NCBI GenBank assembly: GCA_963796085.1 | Contig: CAWCKF010000003.1 | Span: forward strand, 126,951 to 190,950 | Direction: 5' to 3' | Length of the DNA stretch: 64,000 nt | DNA from: an uncultured Acidobacteriaceae bacterium | Lineage (GTDB): Bacteria; Acidobacteriota; Terriglobia; Terriglobales; Acidobacteriaceae | Shown: positions 61,388-64,000 of the stretch, piece after piece | How the letters are laid out: the number at the start of each line of letters is the position of its first letter | Position numbering within the stretch: position 1 is the stretch's first letter | Position numbers and translations under genes: made by a program | Notes under the pieces: model-generated | Seen by the model: only the letters and a program-made list of their open reading frames with translations | What the model was told of the DNA's origin: nothing | The model's database searches: none

Positions 61388-62267
61388 GCCGGGCCGCCTT
61401 CCACCCCGCGGCCTTGTTGCAGCTTGCGGCGCAGGCTCGCCATCTCGATAGCGGATGCGGCGGCCTCGAATCCCTTGTTGCCGGCCTTGATGCCGGCCCG
61501 GTTGAGCGCCTGCTCCAGGGTCTCGCAGGTGAGCACGCCAAAGCTGTGGGGAATGCCGGTCTCCTGCTGCGACTGGCCGATGCCCCTCGCCACTTCGTTG
61601 TAGATGGCCTCGAAGTGGGCGGTCTCGCCGCGCAATAAACAACCCAGGGTCACGATGGCGTCCACCTGGCCCGCATTGGCGATGGTGCGCGCCGCGGCCG
61701 GTATCTCCCATGCGCCGGGAACGCGGACCACCTCGATGTCGGCCCGCTGTGCGCCGCTGCGCAGCAGGGCGTCCAGCGCGCCTTCCAACAGCCGCTCGGT
61801 AATGACCGCATTCCAGCGCGCCACCACGAGGCCAAAACGCATTCCGGCGGCGGAGAGATCGCCTTCCACGGCCACCGGTTTGCCGCGCAGCGGATCGCTC
61901 CACGCCCAGAAAGAAAATGGAAATCCCGGCTCCGGCTCCACGGTAAAGATGCGCGATTTCCAGTGCGTTTCCGTGATGGGCTTGAGGCGCGCCACAGCAG
62001 CCTCGCCGCCCTGCGCGCGCAGCCAGCTTGCAGCGGCCTGGTAGACCGCATCGAGCGCGGTTACCTCTACCATCACATCGGCGGCGGAGGGGAATTGGCC
62101 ATCAACAATTTCCAGGTTGCCGAGCGGCGCCAGAAACGAAGCTCCGCGGCTGTTTTCTTCCACCCACCCTTGGCCGGGAGCAAACCCCAGCGCGGCAAAG
62201 AAGCTGGCCAGCCGGTCATAGACCGCGGCGCTTCCGGCAGGGCGAAGAAAGGAATCCCCTTAATCAT
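61384..62267 (-). CDS. ribH: 6,7-dimethyl-8-ribityllumazine synthase with N-terminal extra domain (indel near 62240)
   Basis: VARWNAVIT, VPGAWEIP, RGETAHF, GNKG; about 135 aa precede the RibH core. Confidence 0.9.
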
Positions 62268-62318
62268 GGATTGATTCTATCGCGCGGAGTTCGGCGGGTT
62301 GGCGGGTTGGCAAGGGCG

Positions 62319-62390
62319 GGTTGAGGTCCTTGGTTTCCCACCCTTTTCGGAAAGATCGCGGGGTCCGGAGGGCGCCCCGATGGGGTGCCC
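62319..62390 (-). repeat. REP-like family B element with short nested insert
   Basis: Reverse complement reads GGGCACCCCATC[GGGGCGCCCTCCGGACCCC]...GAAAAGGGTGGGAAACCAAGGACCTCAAC. Confidence 0.75.
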
Positions 62391-62421
62391 GGCATTTTTG
62401 CGCCCTGTTGCATCGGCGAAC

Positions 62422-62450
62422 AAAAAGGCCGGCGCGCGCCGGCCTTTTTT
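62422..62450. terminator. Bidirectional intrinsic terminator
   Basis: AAAAAGGCCGGC-GCGC-GCCGGCCTTTTTT. Confidence 0.85.
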
Positions 62451-62474
62451 CCTTGCGCTGATGCGGGCTGAAGC

Positions 62475-64000
62475 CTATGTCTTGGTGCGCGGCTTGACGG
62501 CGATCACCGTCGCCGGCACGATGGTTCCGCTGCCCGAGTAATTGCAGCCGAGGTCGATGCCGGGCATGCATGCGGGCAGGTTGGGGCTGATCTGCTGCGT
62601 GTCGGCACTGGTTGGATCGCTGCTGACAAGGGGCACGCTGATGTAGTGAATCTTATTGTCGCCCGCCGTGGAGACGAAGAACAGCGAGTTGTCCGGGCTG
62701 AAGGCGCCGGCGATGGGAGCCGTGATGGCCGCGCTTCCCGTCAGGGGCAGATAGCTCACCGTGCCGCTCCCCGGCACATAGTACGGCAGCGTGGCTCCGG
62801 TGGTGGCGCCGCTGTTGGTGTAGGTGAGAAACGCCAAGTTCGACTGGGGCGAGGTCACCACCTGATTGACGGTGGTATCGGCGAGGGTCGAATTGACAGT
62901 CACGGGAAGCAAGGCATTGAGCGCAGGATTCGTGGAGAGCGCCATGAGTGTTTGTACCGTGGTGGGAGGCGAGCCGGAGGTGTTCGAGGTCATGGGGCAG
63001 GCGATCGGGGTCTTGATGCCACTCGGCAATAAAATGGTGGGAATCTCGATTCCAATGTCGCTGAGCGTAACTGCGCTGCCGGTGACTGCCGCGCCCAGAA
63101 TATGCTGGCCATCGGTGGTGGCGCCCAGAACGTTCGTCTCCACGTCCAGCGAATCGCTCTGCGGATAGAAAGCGCTGATGCTGCTGGTGGAATTACCGTT
63201 GGCGGGAATGGTAACCGTGCCCGTGGGGCACCAGGTGTGGGCCAGGGTGGGATTGCCGCTGAGATACGCGCCCACGCCGGGAATGGTAATGGCCAGACTT
63301 TGCGCGCCGCTGGAGGGAGAGGCGCATAGGGGACCGGCGACGGAACAGGGCAGAGGATAGGTGGTCCAGCCGGTGTCAACGTTGTACACGTACAAGGTGT
63401 CGGTGTGGCCGGTGATGCCCGCCGCAATGTTCTCCGGCGTGTTGTTCAGCGCCGCGCTGTCGGTAATGTACAGGGTCTTGGCGTCGGGAGTCCAGGCGGC
63501 GGCATTGCCCACGCCGCCAAAAGTCGCGGATATTCCGCCGGTAGGGGTGTACAGGTAGAAGACCTGGCGCAACTGGTCGTTGATGAGCAGTTCTGGTTGT
63601 TCGGCGCGACGGCCAGCACCACGCCCGGCGCGCTGGTGTCCTGCTTGGTAACCGAGTTGCTGGGAGGTTGTAGATCATCAACTCGTGGGATGAGCCGAAG
63701 AAAAGATTGGTGCCCAGCCGGTCCATCACCACCGAGTTGGGCACATAAGGTAGGCGCACCGTGGAGCCTATCGTGCCGTTAAGCAGTTCCACGGGAACGA
63801 AGTACTGCGATTGGCCGGGAGCGACGAACCAGACGTAGTCGCTGGCCGTGCCGGGCGTAGTGATGCTTACCGGGTTGGAGGAGATGGAGAGGCCGGTGCC
63901 GTCAAAACCGAAGTGATTGATGGGGACGGATTGCAGGTGGTGGGCTGGCAGATGGCATACACCGAGGCCACGCCGGGGAAGTTGGTGGTGATGGCGCTGT
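62475..64000 (-). CDS. Large Ser/Thr-rich extracellular protein with beta-propeller-like repeats; 5'-partial, frameshifted
   Basis: WTPDAKTLYI, FSPDNSLFFVS, VTSPQSNLAF; coding signal continues to the window edge. Confidence 0.7.

Noticed and set aside
14065-62390. Palindromic repeats as a CRISPR array or integron attC sites
   Set aside because: Copies are dispersed, with no regular repeat-spacer period, no cas or intI gene, and no RYYYAAC/GTTRRRY cassette boundaries.
1-64000. Numerous frameshifts that could be read as pseudogenes or programmed frameshifting
   Set aside because: They hit essential genes (rpsT, glmU, era, mnmA) at scattered positions, with no shared slippery motif and no in-frame stops that I noticed. 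Sequencing indels are the simplest explanation.

Overview
High-GC chromosomal segment. Gene content suggests an Acidobacteriota (Acidobacteriaceae-like) organism: VWFA-related protein, Oar-like TonB receptor, GerMN-murI, and tmRNA tag ANDNLALAA. Most of the window is housekeeping: dgt, an Asd-like gene, psd-pssA, tsaB-rimI, a trans-sulfuration enzyme, murI, fabI, tsaE-nnr, mntR-mntH, era, ybeY, phoH, rpsT, fadA/fadN, an M16 peptidase pair, glmU, ssrA, iscS-mnmA, an OmpA protein and ribH-nusB. Many essential genes carry single-base frameshifts, which points to long-read indel errors, so several CDS boundaries were reconstructed by hand across frames. Accessory parts: a 1.1 kb toxin-antitoxin islet flanked by a 60-bp duplication of a gene 3' end, a C5-methyltransferase/putative endonuclease/Vsr island, a DUF1778-GNAT TA pair inside the phoH-ybeY operon, and an RHS remnant. 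The most striking signal is a set of short palindromic (REP-like) repeat families. They form inverted dimers, nest inside one another, and sit in frame inside MurI, Era, YbeY and IscS. Also notable: a promoter- and terminator-bounded candidate sRNA, a TonB receptor directly downstream of mntR-mntH, and a lumazine synthase with an extra N-terminal domain. All family assignments come from motif recognition; no database search was run.
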